A DNA stretch of 64,000 nucleotides from Azolla caroliniana (lineage: Eukaryota > Plantae > Polypodiophyta), in the NCBI GenBank assembly GCA_043228905.1, contig JBHGNT010000021.1, forward strand, positions 1,488,001 to 1,552,000, written 5' to 3'. Under the pieces are notes generated by a model. It ran no database searches. It was given only the letters and a program-made list of their open reading frames with translations, and was not told the origin of the DNA. Position 1 is the stretch's first letter. Every line of letters starts with the position of its first letter. Of this stretch, positions 40,501-51,764 are shown piece after piece. The translations under genes and the position numbers were made by a program.

Positions 40501-43385
40501 ATTGTATAATTGTGCCACCATACCCTGCCATGGCTCCATAAAAGTTCCAGTAGGCCAAAACGAGTAGCAAGCTCGATACACCTCAGGAGCACTTGAAAGC
40601 AGATGGCAATAAGCTGATGTCACAACATCATTTAAAAGAAGAGTATTCCAATCAGATCGTATCTTTCCCATCCCTTCCATATCACTTCCATGCCAAATAT
40701 CCCTACGGTTGGAAGAGAGCTCAAAAAACCCATTGACATGCACTGGGAGATTAGTTTTAACAGGAAGAGGAAGAAAGCAGAAGGCCCTTCCATCATTGAA
40801 ATGTAGATCTTCAACCTAAACATGAGAAAACCAGCTACTGGAACATAAGTTAGTGACTCAAAAACAAACTGTTAAAGATTAAACACATTAATGGAGGAAC
40901 ATATTGCACATCTACAAAATTTCCATACCAAAAAGACAGACAAAAATAATTGCAAAGAATGCATAGACCCTCATAAAATTTGTGTAAGTAAAATTTGACA
41001 GGCCCCTTAATAAGGTTATGAACACTTGAGATTTTCCTCACCAACGATATGAAATGGTGTGAATTACATCACACTTAATATAGATAAAAAGAAAATTTAT
41101 AAGAGACTGATGTAGCCTGCGTTAATTGCTATTTTTTCAGCCATAGGAATCGTACACCACATATTTCTTCTTAATAGGTGCTGCCAATCAATTTGTGTTG
41201 TATGATACGACTATGGACACGTCCATTGCTTCACAGTATTGATTTGCTACATTGGTATAGTTCTGAGGACAAGAGCATTTTCAGCTGATTCATTATTGGT
41301 AGAAAGTTTACAGGTTTTGCTGCTATTAGAAATTCTGAATTGGTGTCTCGACGTGCAAATCAGCTCCAATAAAAAGTTTGATCTGTCTGCCAGAAGCTAG
41401 TTCTTCAAACTGTATATTAATATTATAGAATTTTTTGTCACTGAGGTTAACAGATACTCATATGCAGGCGTGAAGCTTTGGGGAAAACAATATTGGTATG
41501 TCAGACAGTTTCTTGCTCAAGGATTGAGTGCTATATTTGTGTTTTTTTATTGCTGTTGATCACACTGCAAGCATGAACTGCTGATTAGTTAAAACTGCCT
41601 ACATCTGTCATATACATGGGAATAACATCTCATAGAAAAGCCCTGTTGTGAAACCAAAAAATTATAAGTATAAATCTCGAGCTGCCATAAGACCGAGACC
41701 TATAGAAATGAGGCCTATGCACCCGCCACAGATGAATCATCATCAAATCAAGGAAAATTGGAGAAATGTAAAGAGCTTATTATAATAATCGAGGTTTCAA
41801 CATAGGCATGATAAACTAGAAACTAAGATTACACGGAAAACTAAAAGTTCAGCTTATCAAGTAAAGGAAACCAAAGAAGCAAAACTGAACTTTATACCTC
41901 TGTATTATTTTCTGAGACTTTTGCAGCCACTGCGGCCCAAGGTAGCAAGCAAACACCATGTCTTTTTGCAACAGATGATGACATCATCCCAATCTTGCTT
42001 GTTGATGCCTCCAAACATTGAACAATCAAAAAAGATTCGAGTTTTACTTCCACTTGTGCTGCTTTTGCATATCTCTTAGTTTCAAAATGTAATGTGAAGG
42101 AGTCCATGTGCTTTGGGATTGAAGAAATACCACTCCAAGCAGAAGTCCAAGCACCTGAAAGCCTTTTCAAGGCATCTCGATGCTGCTTCCTCCCAGCATT
42201 AGACGATTTCAATGAGCATGAATGCATCAAATCAGGACTGTTCGAGTCCGGTTTCCAATCATATATATTTATCATTTCCATATTCTTTAGGAATAGCATA
42301 CATGAACTTGATTCCAAATGAATCTCATCAAGCAAGTGCATAATATCATCTTCAGAGTAGTATTGCTTTGAGAGTTGGCTTTCAGTAGCCTGACTGGCAG
42401 TCCGCAATGGAAGTCGGAATATAGTGCCGTTATAAGCAGTCTTCATGTCACAGCCAAAAACACAATATGGCTGGAATTGGTCTTTGTAATGAGTTAGGAC
42501 ATCTGCAGTAACAAAATCAATACGTTTTCCAGGATTGACTGCTGAAATATTTGGAAGGAACTTGCAATGAGGATCGAAGAAAACAATATAGCTGCCACTG
42601 ACAAATGAGGGCAAATCCGACAGGTGGTATACTGAGTTGAATCCAACACTGAAAATCACAGATGCCACCAAAATTTAAAGTTATCATTGTCTGGGATGGG
42701 TGAAATGATTCAACACCTTGTTTCTTTCCATCAAAATCAGAGTCATGAATCCTCACAATGAGGATCTGAAAATCTATTGCAATTTGTGCCCTCCAAATCA
42801 ACAACTTACCAATTGAAAACCAAAATGCAATTCTACCTCTGAACCATGCAAGGAGAAACATGAAAAAGCTATTCCACTCTATGTTCTTCAAAACAGGATC
42901 CTTAAACACATTAATTATCTACACTTGATAATGCCCATATGGATCAAAATAATTCAAAAAATAACGCACATAAATAGTAATGCTTCCAAATGTGAACCTA
43001 AAAAAGATAATCCATTTTTTACGCACCCAAACCGACCGGTTTTCCAAGGCTCCCCTTGCTTCTGGCTGCCACCCAGCTTCGAGATACTCTCAAAATCCTG
43101 AATAGAGAATTGCGCATTGTTGTAGGCCAAGAGAGCAGGCCCTTGAAAAGCCGACAGACCTTTGAAGAGAAGCGAATCTTTCCCATGTCTTCTCCGATCC
43201 AGACAGAAGCAAATCTGTGTGGCTCCCGCATCATCTGCGTTCTGGATGAGTTCTTTGAGCAAGGTGGTGCCTTCAGGGTAGTTAGCAAGGATCTCCCTGA
43301 TCCTCCTGGTCAAATCAACGCTCTGTCCGAAATCCTCTGCTATGGTGTCGAGCAGGGGATGGGGATGGGCTCCTGAGGCGGCCAT
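22596..43385 (-). CDS. Sacsin-like giant protein (three Hsp90-like sacsin repeat regions) with C-terminal C3HC4 RING finger; ~4745 aa, 13 exons
   Basis: Exons 43385-43027, 42648-41898, 40815-34913, 33065-31567, 31490-31203, 30262-30024, 29599-29328, 28514-25514, 25432-25300, 25150-24636, 24560-23661, 23548-23369 and 22793-22596; GT-AG, phases consistent, 14238 nt. Repeat 1: FGQSVDLTRRIREIL/KELIQNADDAGA/GRFGVGFNSVYH. Repeat 2: ELLQNSDDAGA/GRFGLGFNSVYH. Degenerate repeat 3: FDILEIADKCKA. RING: CRVC..PCGHVLCQNC..CPFC. Confidence 0.95.
22862..22917 (-). mobile_element. Very short 3'-end fragment of a putative non-LTR retroelement (stem-loop plus TTTC tail) in the last sacsin intron
   Basis: Hairpin GTCTT..AGGCCA-AAA-TGGCCT..AAGAC next to (GAAA)n. 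The 28-mer GAAAGAAAGAAAGATATATTAACGTCTT is identical at 22863-22890 and 1095-1122. Confidence 0.45.
28512..28897. repeat. 197-bp tandem duplication spanning the 3' splice site of sacsin intron 7
   Basis: TTCCTGCCAAATATTCCACAG...CATGATT at 28512 and 28709, highly similar. Confidence 0.93.
29139..29275. repeat. 72-bp tandem duplication in sacsin intron 7
   Basis: CTGAAGGAATCTATAGGTTGTTTGTT(G/A)TCCATAGGCAGGAGAA at ~29143 and ~29215. Confidence 0.85.
29735..29880 (-). mobile_element. RTE-like LINE reverse-transcriptase fragment in sacsin intron 6
   Basis: The minus strand translates to ...WTEHT..IFKS..NYRTLMIGHYLAKLYGSI.ELELS (with a frameshift), matching the start of the RT relic at ~60080. 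Confidence 0.65.
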
Positions 43386-43490
43386 GGCTGGCGCTTGGTC
43401 GATCTCTGCTGTCTGTCGCTCTGCATCTCTCGTCGTCTTCAACGTGAAGCCATGGAATCCAAATCGAAGTCGGCGTATGGTCTGTGGTCA

Positions 43491-44013
43491 GCCGGTCATT
43501 CCTTCGGACGCCCGAAAGAAGAAAAGTCTGAGAGACCATGACGACCATGACCATGTCAAGGAATTGGAGCTGCCGGAGAAGAGTCCGGAGACCCCGCCCC
43601 GCCTGCCCCCTCTGTCCATGTCCCAGGCTCGCGTTCTCCAGAGGCCTGCATTCGCACCCGAGCCGGCGTCCATTGCATGCAAACAGCTTGGGTAGTCGGC
43701 CGGTCATTCCAACACCAGGAGAAGAAGAAGAATAGTCTCCAGAGAGTTGAGACCATGTCAAGGAGTTGGCGTTGCCAGATACGAGTCCAGAGACCACCCT
43801 CTCCAGGTTTGAATTCTTCTAGAGGCTTGCATTCGCACTCGAGCCCGTGTCCATTCCAATGCAACAGGTAGGCAGTCGACCGGCCATTCCAACACCAAGA
43901 GAAGAATAGTCTGAGAGACCATGTCGAGCAATTGGAGTCGTCTGAAGACCACTTCTCCAGACTTGCATTTTCTAAAGGCCTACATTTGCACCAAGTCGGT
44001 GGCCATTGCATGC
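43491..44013. repeat. Three diverged GC-rich tandem units (~208, ~180, ~135 bp) immediately upstream of the sacsin start
   Basis: Shared blocks CCGG(T/C)CATTCC (43491, 43699, 43879), AGAAGAA.AGTCT, GACCATGTC, AGGC(C/T)T(G/A)CATT(C/T)GCAC and CCATT(G/C)CA. Confidence 0.8.
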
Positions 44014-44329
44014 AGAGGTGGAATGACCCTCGAGACATCAGGCGACACATGTTTCTACGGTTCGCACACCCCTATAGATCAGAACGACAAGTTCAGGATG
44101 CGCGCAGATTTGTGGTTTAATGCCTCGTTGGGTGCTGATATAATATATGTGATTGACACCATTGTAGATGATGCATGGGGAACTTTGCTAGAAGCTACAA
44201 AAAAAAAAAAAATAATAATCAACTGGAAAGTCCTCTTATATTGGTAGGATGCATGACATCCAATAAATTACCGCGAGGCATGGAGCATGGACAAGCTTCT
44301 AGAACTAACTACAACATGTGAGATATTTA

Positions 44330-47130
44330 ATAACCCTCATAAGAACGGTAGCCAAGACCTAGTGATTGAATGTAGAAACACCCTTGACAGAGAGAATCAC
44401 TCACACAAATTTCGCACATGCGCTTTCTCTTTTGCTTGAACAAATTGTTGAGTAAGTTCCCATGTTCTTCTCTTTCTCTGAATGAGTCTTCTATACTCGT
44501 GCAAATGCTTTTAGTAATTTCCTTATCCTTGACTACATCCAAACTCAAACCATTTGTTCTTTAAACTAAATTTCGTGGTGCTTTTGTAAGGTATGTGCTT
44601 TGGCCGAAAAGCATTTGTTTGTGCATGAGAAAACAATTTCCTTCAAAACTTTCCAGTTGCATTCTAGCCATCACATTCCCATTATTGTCATTTGTAACAT
44701 ATCTTGGACCATCATGGAATACATGGGTGATTGTTTAAGGTTTATGTTCAAAAAAAATTTATCATCTTCATTAACCTTCTTGCACGCAAGCATTTTTCAT
44801 ACATTTGAGGTCATTGCATAAAGTGCTACTCGTATTATGTATATATTGAGAGAAAGAGAGAACACAATATTCACCAATATATTGTATTAAACAAATCGGT
44901 GGATGGTTATATAATGAATCTACATGCAATATCGAGAGTATTGATAAACATTAGTCAAGGGTAACCAACACTTTTTTCAAAGGGGGGCTTGGTTTTTATA
45001 AGACTTCTATGCAAATACGTGTAGAACTTGTGATCAATCTAGCTAGTAGCAATAATGGGAACATGGGCAGGGTATCTAAGGTAACCACATTATTCAATGC
45101 AAAGGCATCCAACATTCATAAGATCAATGATGGACTTAAGCACACACAAGGAGCATGGATGAGCTTGTTATAGATTATGTTCCTTGGTCTTTCATGTACA
45201 CAAAGCTACGAGTATACCTATATTTTTAGGGATGTTAGGTGGTTGTCTTTGATTTGGTAATCAAATTCGCTCATTTAGTCGAGGAAACAAATCCTAACCA
45301 TATGTCGAGAGATTTGCTCTTAATGTATGCAAGTGAAGGTTTCTATATGTTAGTTTACATTGCCTTCACCTAGGTTGAAATAAATCCCCTAAGATTGCAT
45401 AGAATATTATGGGAATGCAAAACTCAAGACCCCGATGGCTCCTTCTGTGGACGAAGCAATTGGTTTCCATTTATTCCAAGGATTATACAAATTATCTTTA
45501 TTATTGAAAAGCAATTTCTTTAGAAAGTCCACCCGACAACCCCATGATCTATCCCGCATGACATTTGTTTGTTGAATTGGTGTTACCTCCTCCACTTATA
45601 CATTATCGCCTCCATTCTTAATAAAATTCTTCATCTTTCCAAAAACAGGCCATTGGCCTTCGTTCTTTAGAGCCTTTCCATCGTTGTCATTCAACAACCC
45701 CTTGTTCCTTTATTTGCTTTGCGATTGTTAAATTTTGAATTTGAACATAATGGTTTGTAGGCTCTTCATGTACACCTACCGCAACTTTATTTATTTACTA
45801 ACGACACTAAGCCACTGAATGCCCTAGAACATCACAATGGAGCCTAAAATACATAGGAGGCATATGAAAGCATGCAATTTGCAAACATTAACATATGTAT
45901 TCCAAATAATACAAATTCAATATCAAATTTGTGCATTAGCTATGGGAGGTGCCAAGATCTTTCCCAACTTTTCCATTGATAATCATAAATTTGGCTACAC
46001 CAATGAATACATGCAGTCTACCTCAACCTATACAATACACGATTGCTTCAAGATATCTTGGTATACCATTAGTGGAATTTGAGGAACAATATGAACTAAA
46101 GTTATTCCATAAAAATTTGGCGATTCATTGAGTAATTTTTCTTTATGCTTTTGCACTACGAAAACAACCTCATAATACCCAAGAGGATTGGCATAAACAT
46201 CTTGAACACAATCAACATATAAAATCCCACGTAACCATTAATTGGCCCTCTAAAGAAAATGTATCTTCCCCAGGAAAAACAATATGACCTCTCCAACAAA
46301 AAGACTAACAAATGTCCAAAAACTCCTTATTGTCTATTTCTACCTCAGCCACTTCATCATCAACAAACTCCTTGACAACTTTTACATCCTCCCTTACACA
46401 ATCTTCTATTAGGATATTTGTCATGCATAGTAAATGTTCCTAGTGATTATCATCCCTCTCAACATCATATTGCTACTTTGCATCAACATAAAATATATCA
46501 TTACAATCACCTCAAATACATCGCTGTCTTTTACCATCCCTTATGAAACTCGCTACTGACTCAACCACAAGTGTATCCTTTAACGAATTCAGAGACACAT
46601 CCATACGCATAACAACACTAACATCCATATAGCAAAATATATACGAGATTCCTAATTTACAAACAACGATGTTGAAGAAGGAAACAAAACAAGCGACCAT
46701 GGGATGTATACAAACAAATGGTGAATTTTTCTCATAACGTTATGCAGAAGGGCACCAAATGAGGTGCATAACTATTCTTTAGAAAGCTCATTGCGCAAGC
46801 TTCGAGTCGAAGAATGAAGGAAACGGATATTGGAGTAGGAAGATACACACACAAAAGCACTGTTTGTGCTCCAACATCTCTCTCTCCTTCTCTTTCTACG
46901 CCCCTCTCTCCATCACACACATGCGCACATATGCACATACACACACAAACACATGCACACACGCATACGCACACACAAACGCAAACACAAAACACATGCA
47001 CATACGTACACTCACGCATGCATGTACACATGAGACTCCTGAGCTTTTGCATGGTTCTAAGAGGGGGGGGGGGGGGTTCTCATTTTTTATAATGGGGTGA
47101 GGGATGGCAGGGGTATTCTAGTAAAATAAT
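44330..47130 (-). mobile_element. Decayed Mutator-like (MULE) transposon relic between the divergent sacsin and eEF1B-gamma genes
   Basis: SWIM-like remnant IIDLMNVGCLCIE*CGYLRYPAHV near 45060-45135 and a KRKRMCEIC zinc-knuckle-like stretch near 44405-44432. Many stops; boundaries are uncertain. Confidence 0.3.
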
Positions 47131-47249
47131 CAAAAGTTATTATTCATTTCAATATAATGCATATAATTTCATATATATATACATATATATACACACATTT
47201 TTGGAGGGTTTCTCGAAAGTTCCACTATATAATCGAAGACAGGCAGAAA

Positions 47250-47258
47250 TTAGGGTTT
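47250..47258 (-). promoter_or_regulatory. Telo-box (TTAGGGTTT = reverse AAACCCTAA) upstream of eEF1B-gamma
   Basis: Lies ~120 bp upstream of the ATG, just downstream of CTATATAAT (~47225). Telo-boxes are established elements of plant translation-factor genes. Confidence 0.65.
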
Positions 47259-47374
47259 GCGCCTTCATCGTTTTCTGCAGGAAAGGATAAAAAGAAAAAA
47301 CAACAGGAACAGACAGACAGAGCGAGCAGCAGACGCCAATTCACAGCAGAAGCTCGAGCGAGACTTGCGAAACT

Positions 47375-50349
47375 ATGGCCCTCGTAATCCCCCCCCCCCC
47401 TCCTAACTCTCTCCTTCTACGTCTCTCTGTTTTTGTTTCTCTTTCTTGCTTTGTCCCTTCCTGTCTATGGCTTCGATTTTTCGTCTCCACGACCTCAGGG
47501 CACTGCTTTCTTGCTCCTCCTCTCCTCCTAGCGATTCTGATTTTTAAGTGCTGCTTAATAATAGTTCTCAAGCCCAATGTCAGATATGTAGTAGCGTCAT
47601 TATGCAAATTGTTTTTGATTATGGCAATCATATATTCGTGATGCCAAGACAGTGCTGAGATTAGAAATCAGACTGTAATTGGTGCTCATGAGTAGTGGCG
47701 GGTTAAAGGACGCCAAAGCCAGTGAATGCTTAGCTCTCATGTCAAGTAGAGTATGTCAATTCGTGTTGATTCTGTTCTGTGAAGAGAACTCATGCGCCTA
47801 GTCTTGTCTGCGGCACATGTTCCCTTTAGGCTGAAAATATTCTGGTTCTTTTGCTGTAAATATCAGTCATGTAATAAGTGTAACGCGAGATTAACAATTG
47901 CATTTGGTGCATGCTACCTTATGTGTGTTTGTATCATGTTATACATGCCTCAAGTCATAGTTTAAAGATCCAATCCAATCATGAATAGTACTAGCTGTGT
48001 GGGATTGAAAAACAGAATAAGAAGTGCTATAGCCTATTACATATATGATGTCATGTAATGCACAAGTTTTTTCTTGACCCCACAAGTCAATAGATCTAAC
48101 ATTCTGTGTGCAGAAGTACACCTTCATTGTGATGTTTGTTTTCCATGTGATACTCAGACTTGATTGATATTTTGTTTCGTTCATTCTCATATTAGCTGTC
48201 TGTTCCAGGTTATCCATTCCACGCCAAATAAGAATGTGTACAAAACTCTCATTGCAGCTGACTATGTTGGCGTGAAAGTAGAACTTCTTGAAAACTTTGT
48301 GTTTGGGGAGACCAATAAGAGTGAGCCGTTTCTTAAGCTGAACCCTTTCGGGAAGGTATTTAAGTCTCTATCCTTTTCAGCTTTCTAACAGATTATTTTA
48401 GTGCAGAAAATTTGATAGTTTCGGTTTGTATATCTAGGTGCCTGCACTACAGACACCTGAGGGCCCTCTTTTTGAAAGCAATGCTATTGCAAAATATGGT
48501 ACATTTTGTGTCACCTTATAGCTTGTCGTCCTTTCCTTATCATAATTTATTCGAATTCTTCAAGGGGTTCCCCTTTTATCTTGAGTTGTTTCTGAACGAT
48601 TGAATTTACTATATGCTAAGATGGGCAAAGACATTACTATGCATTATGTTAAAAGCTTTTTTTCCCTGAACTTATCGTAAAATCTGAATCGGTTTCATGA
48701 ATGTCTCTCAATTGCTTAATTTTAACAGTTGCGAGGTTGGATAAAGATGGATCTCTTCTTGGAAGCACTCCATATGAATTGGTAAAAAGTGATGTTTGTT
48801 TTTCCTAAAATGGCTTGATATTCTTTACATGAATGGGTGGAAAGTGATATTTGTTTTTCCTAAAATGGGTTGATATTCATTGCCTTTCAATGTTTCTATT
48901 AGGTGTTCATGTTTGTTTTCAAAAGTACCTTTCTATTGATGTGCAAATACTTAAATTGAGTAGCCACTTCTTTATTATTTGTGTTTACAGTCTCTCATTG
49001 ATCAGTGGATTGATGTGGCTACTACTGAGATTGATGCAAATCTGAGCAAATGGCTATATCCTTTGCTAGGTTATCGGCCTTACATTGCTGAGGTTGGTTG
49101 AAGAGCCTTGTCTTCAGATGGCTGTTTTTCGAAATTAATTGAGACAAACTAGTTGGCTTTGCAAATGAATTCAATTTCCTCTTTCTTGGCTAATTCCCAG
49201 GTGTCAGATCTAGCTTTGGCAGATTTGAAGAAGTCTTTTGGTGTATTGAATTCTTATCTGGCTTCTCATACGTACTTTGTTGGTGATTCAATAACACTTG
49301 CAGACATCATCATCTCGTGTAATCTGTTCCAAGGATTTAAGTTTGGGTTTACCACAGAATTTTTGGCTGAGTTTCCACATATCGTCAGGTATTTTCGAAC
49401 CATTGAGAATCAGCCGATTGTGAAGAAATATTTTGGAGATTTGCCACCACTGGAGAAGTTTCCTTCTCCTCCTACAAAGCAAGCCACTGAAGCTCCCAAG
49501 AAACAAGAGGAAAAGAAACCCAAAGAGGTCGTGCAGAAACCAAAGGAGCCAGTGCAGAAACCAAAGGAGCCAGCTCCTCCTTTAGATGACGAGGAAGAAG
49601 AGAAACCAAAGCCAAAGCCTAAAAATCCCCTTGATCTATTGCCACCGAGTACCATGGTTTTGGATGAGTGGAAGCGATTATATTCCAATACAAAGGCAAA
49701 GGACTTCAGGGAGGTAGCAATTGCAGGTATGCCTTTGTTTAGATTAAAATTCTGTTTCTGTGGTTTGAGATATGTTCATTGTGTATGTGTGTTGTCTTCG
49801 ATTCATCTGGAACAGTTGAGGGTATTGCTGAAACAGTTATCAGTTGTCGAAATGATGTGTGTTTTGTTGTAGACTCTTGCTGAAACAGTATTTATGTCTG
49901 TTACCCAAATGATGAACATGTTTTGTTGTAGGCACTTGCTGAAACAGTTTATGTGAACTTCTTGTCCAGGATTCTGGAAGATGTTTGATCCGGAAGGGTA
50001 CTCTCTTTGGTTCTGTGATTACAAATACAATGATGAGAATACTGTTACATTTGTGACAATGAACAAGGTCAGCGGATTCTTGCAGCGCATGGACTTGGTA
50101 AGGAAGTATGGGTTTGCGAAAATATGCATCTTTGGTGAGACTGCTCCCTACAAGATCAGAGGGGTGTGGCTTTTCCGTGGTCAAGACATCCCACAGATGG
50201 TCTTGGAAGAATGCTATGATGCTGAGCTATATGAGTGGACCAAGGTTGATATCTCGGATGAGGTTCAGAAGGAGAGAGTTAATGCTTATTTTGAAGAGCC
50301 TGATGTGATCGATGGTGAGAAATTGCTAGAGGCTAAATGCTTCAAGTGA
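47375..50349 (+). CDS. EEF1G: Translation elongation factor 1B gamma (GST-like N-domain, Lys/Glu/Pro linker, EF1G C-domain); 425 aa, 7 exons
   Basis: Exons 47375-47383 (MAL), 48209-48355, 48438-48498, 48729-48781, 48991-49092, 49201-49726 and 49970-50349; 1278 nt. Motifs: FLKLNPFGKVP, FESNAIAKY, KNPLDLLPPSTMVLDEWKRLYSNTK, FDPEGYSLWFCDYKY, LLEAKCFK*. Confidence 0.97.
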
Positions 50350-51764
50350 TTTTTCCTTGGTGCGGTTTGTCATATGATGATCCATATGATTTTTGCATTA
50401 AGAACCAATTTTTTCTTGGGATTAAAAGTACTTTGTCGGTGTGCTCTTTAATTCGGTTTTTTTGTAATGAACAATTTTTACTGAGCTTGCTTAATGAGAA
50501 ACATTTTATTATGTGTTTTAGGGAACTTATTATTTGATTATAGAATATGAATATAAAAACATGTTATACCAGTAAAAGGCATGGAAGTCTATAGATATTG
50601 GTGCAAGATCCTAGCGTCAATGTTTGCATTTTTGCCTTTTGTGTGATTTACAACACGATGCTGTTGAATGATGTGGTTTTCACAACTTATATATGACCAA
50701 ACATGAGATGAAATTATCACGTCATATGTTCATAATGTAATACATTACTCATGGACATGGTCAATGTTGATGGGAGTAACATGAGTATCATCTGTGTCGT
50801 GAAATACTGCAGTATCATCTGAGACTCTCATAAGTAGAGTTAAATGTAAATTTGTTGGGAGTGACTCCCAAACTGCAGAAGTAACTGTTACAATCAATTG
50901 AGTAAATTGAAGTAGTATTATCACATCTTATCACTTAAACTTGATTGTGTGTTGTATGCCCAACAATCAACTTGAAGACCCAAATTAGGATTTATTTTTC
51001 TTCTACGTTTTGTTGATAGCATCACAATTTTGGATTAGTAAGCAATGTGCATGTATGCCCTCTACTTAAGTCACTTGGTTGTAAACCCTAATAACACTCA
51101 CTAGCTCAATGGGTCTCAACCCTTTCTCGAGGAGCGTCGTTGGGTATGGTGTGGTCGCCTTATCTATGGTTGAAGGAATGTGTTTTGTTGCTTCTCAAAG
51201 GTGTCCAATTGTTTGTCTAAGGTTGTCCCAAAAGCAACTTGAAAGTCCAAAGAGAGATATTTTATTATCATCATCCTAGAGTAAAATATGAACTGAGGAA
51301 CCAAACTGGATCATTTTCTTGATGTTCAAGAATTGTAGTAGTGAACCAAAACTAAGGGAATGGGCAAAGGTCATGTATAAGTAAGTGAATGCTTTCTGTT
51401 TGTTCGGAGAAGAAGACGCTTCTTTTTGCTTGAACTATGTATAGAGTTGAATCTCGATATATATATATATATACCTTTGAAGTGAGTGATGAAACAATGT
51501 AGTTGCAAAACCAGCTTCCATTCAACGAGGAATCGATTGAGCGAGGCTATAATGAAGTGAGTAGAATGAATGGAGTGTGATTTGATGCATATCTAATTTA
51601 CCATCCATATGGAACTCAATGGTGTTGGCTTTTGTGTTGTCTTTTTGATCCATACATATTTATTGTGTTTGTTCTAGTTTTAATTCTAATTCTAAGAACA
51701 GATGAAGAGCCCCCCCATTTTGTGTTCCTTGTCTAAAATCATAAAAAAGAAGAGAACAGAGGCT

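Noticed and set aside
46732-47100. His/Thr- or Cys/Val-rich ORFs
   Set aside because: Translations of a degenerate (CA)n/(CT)n microsatellite.
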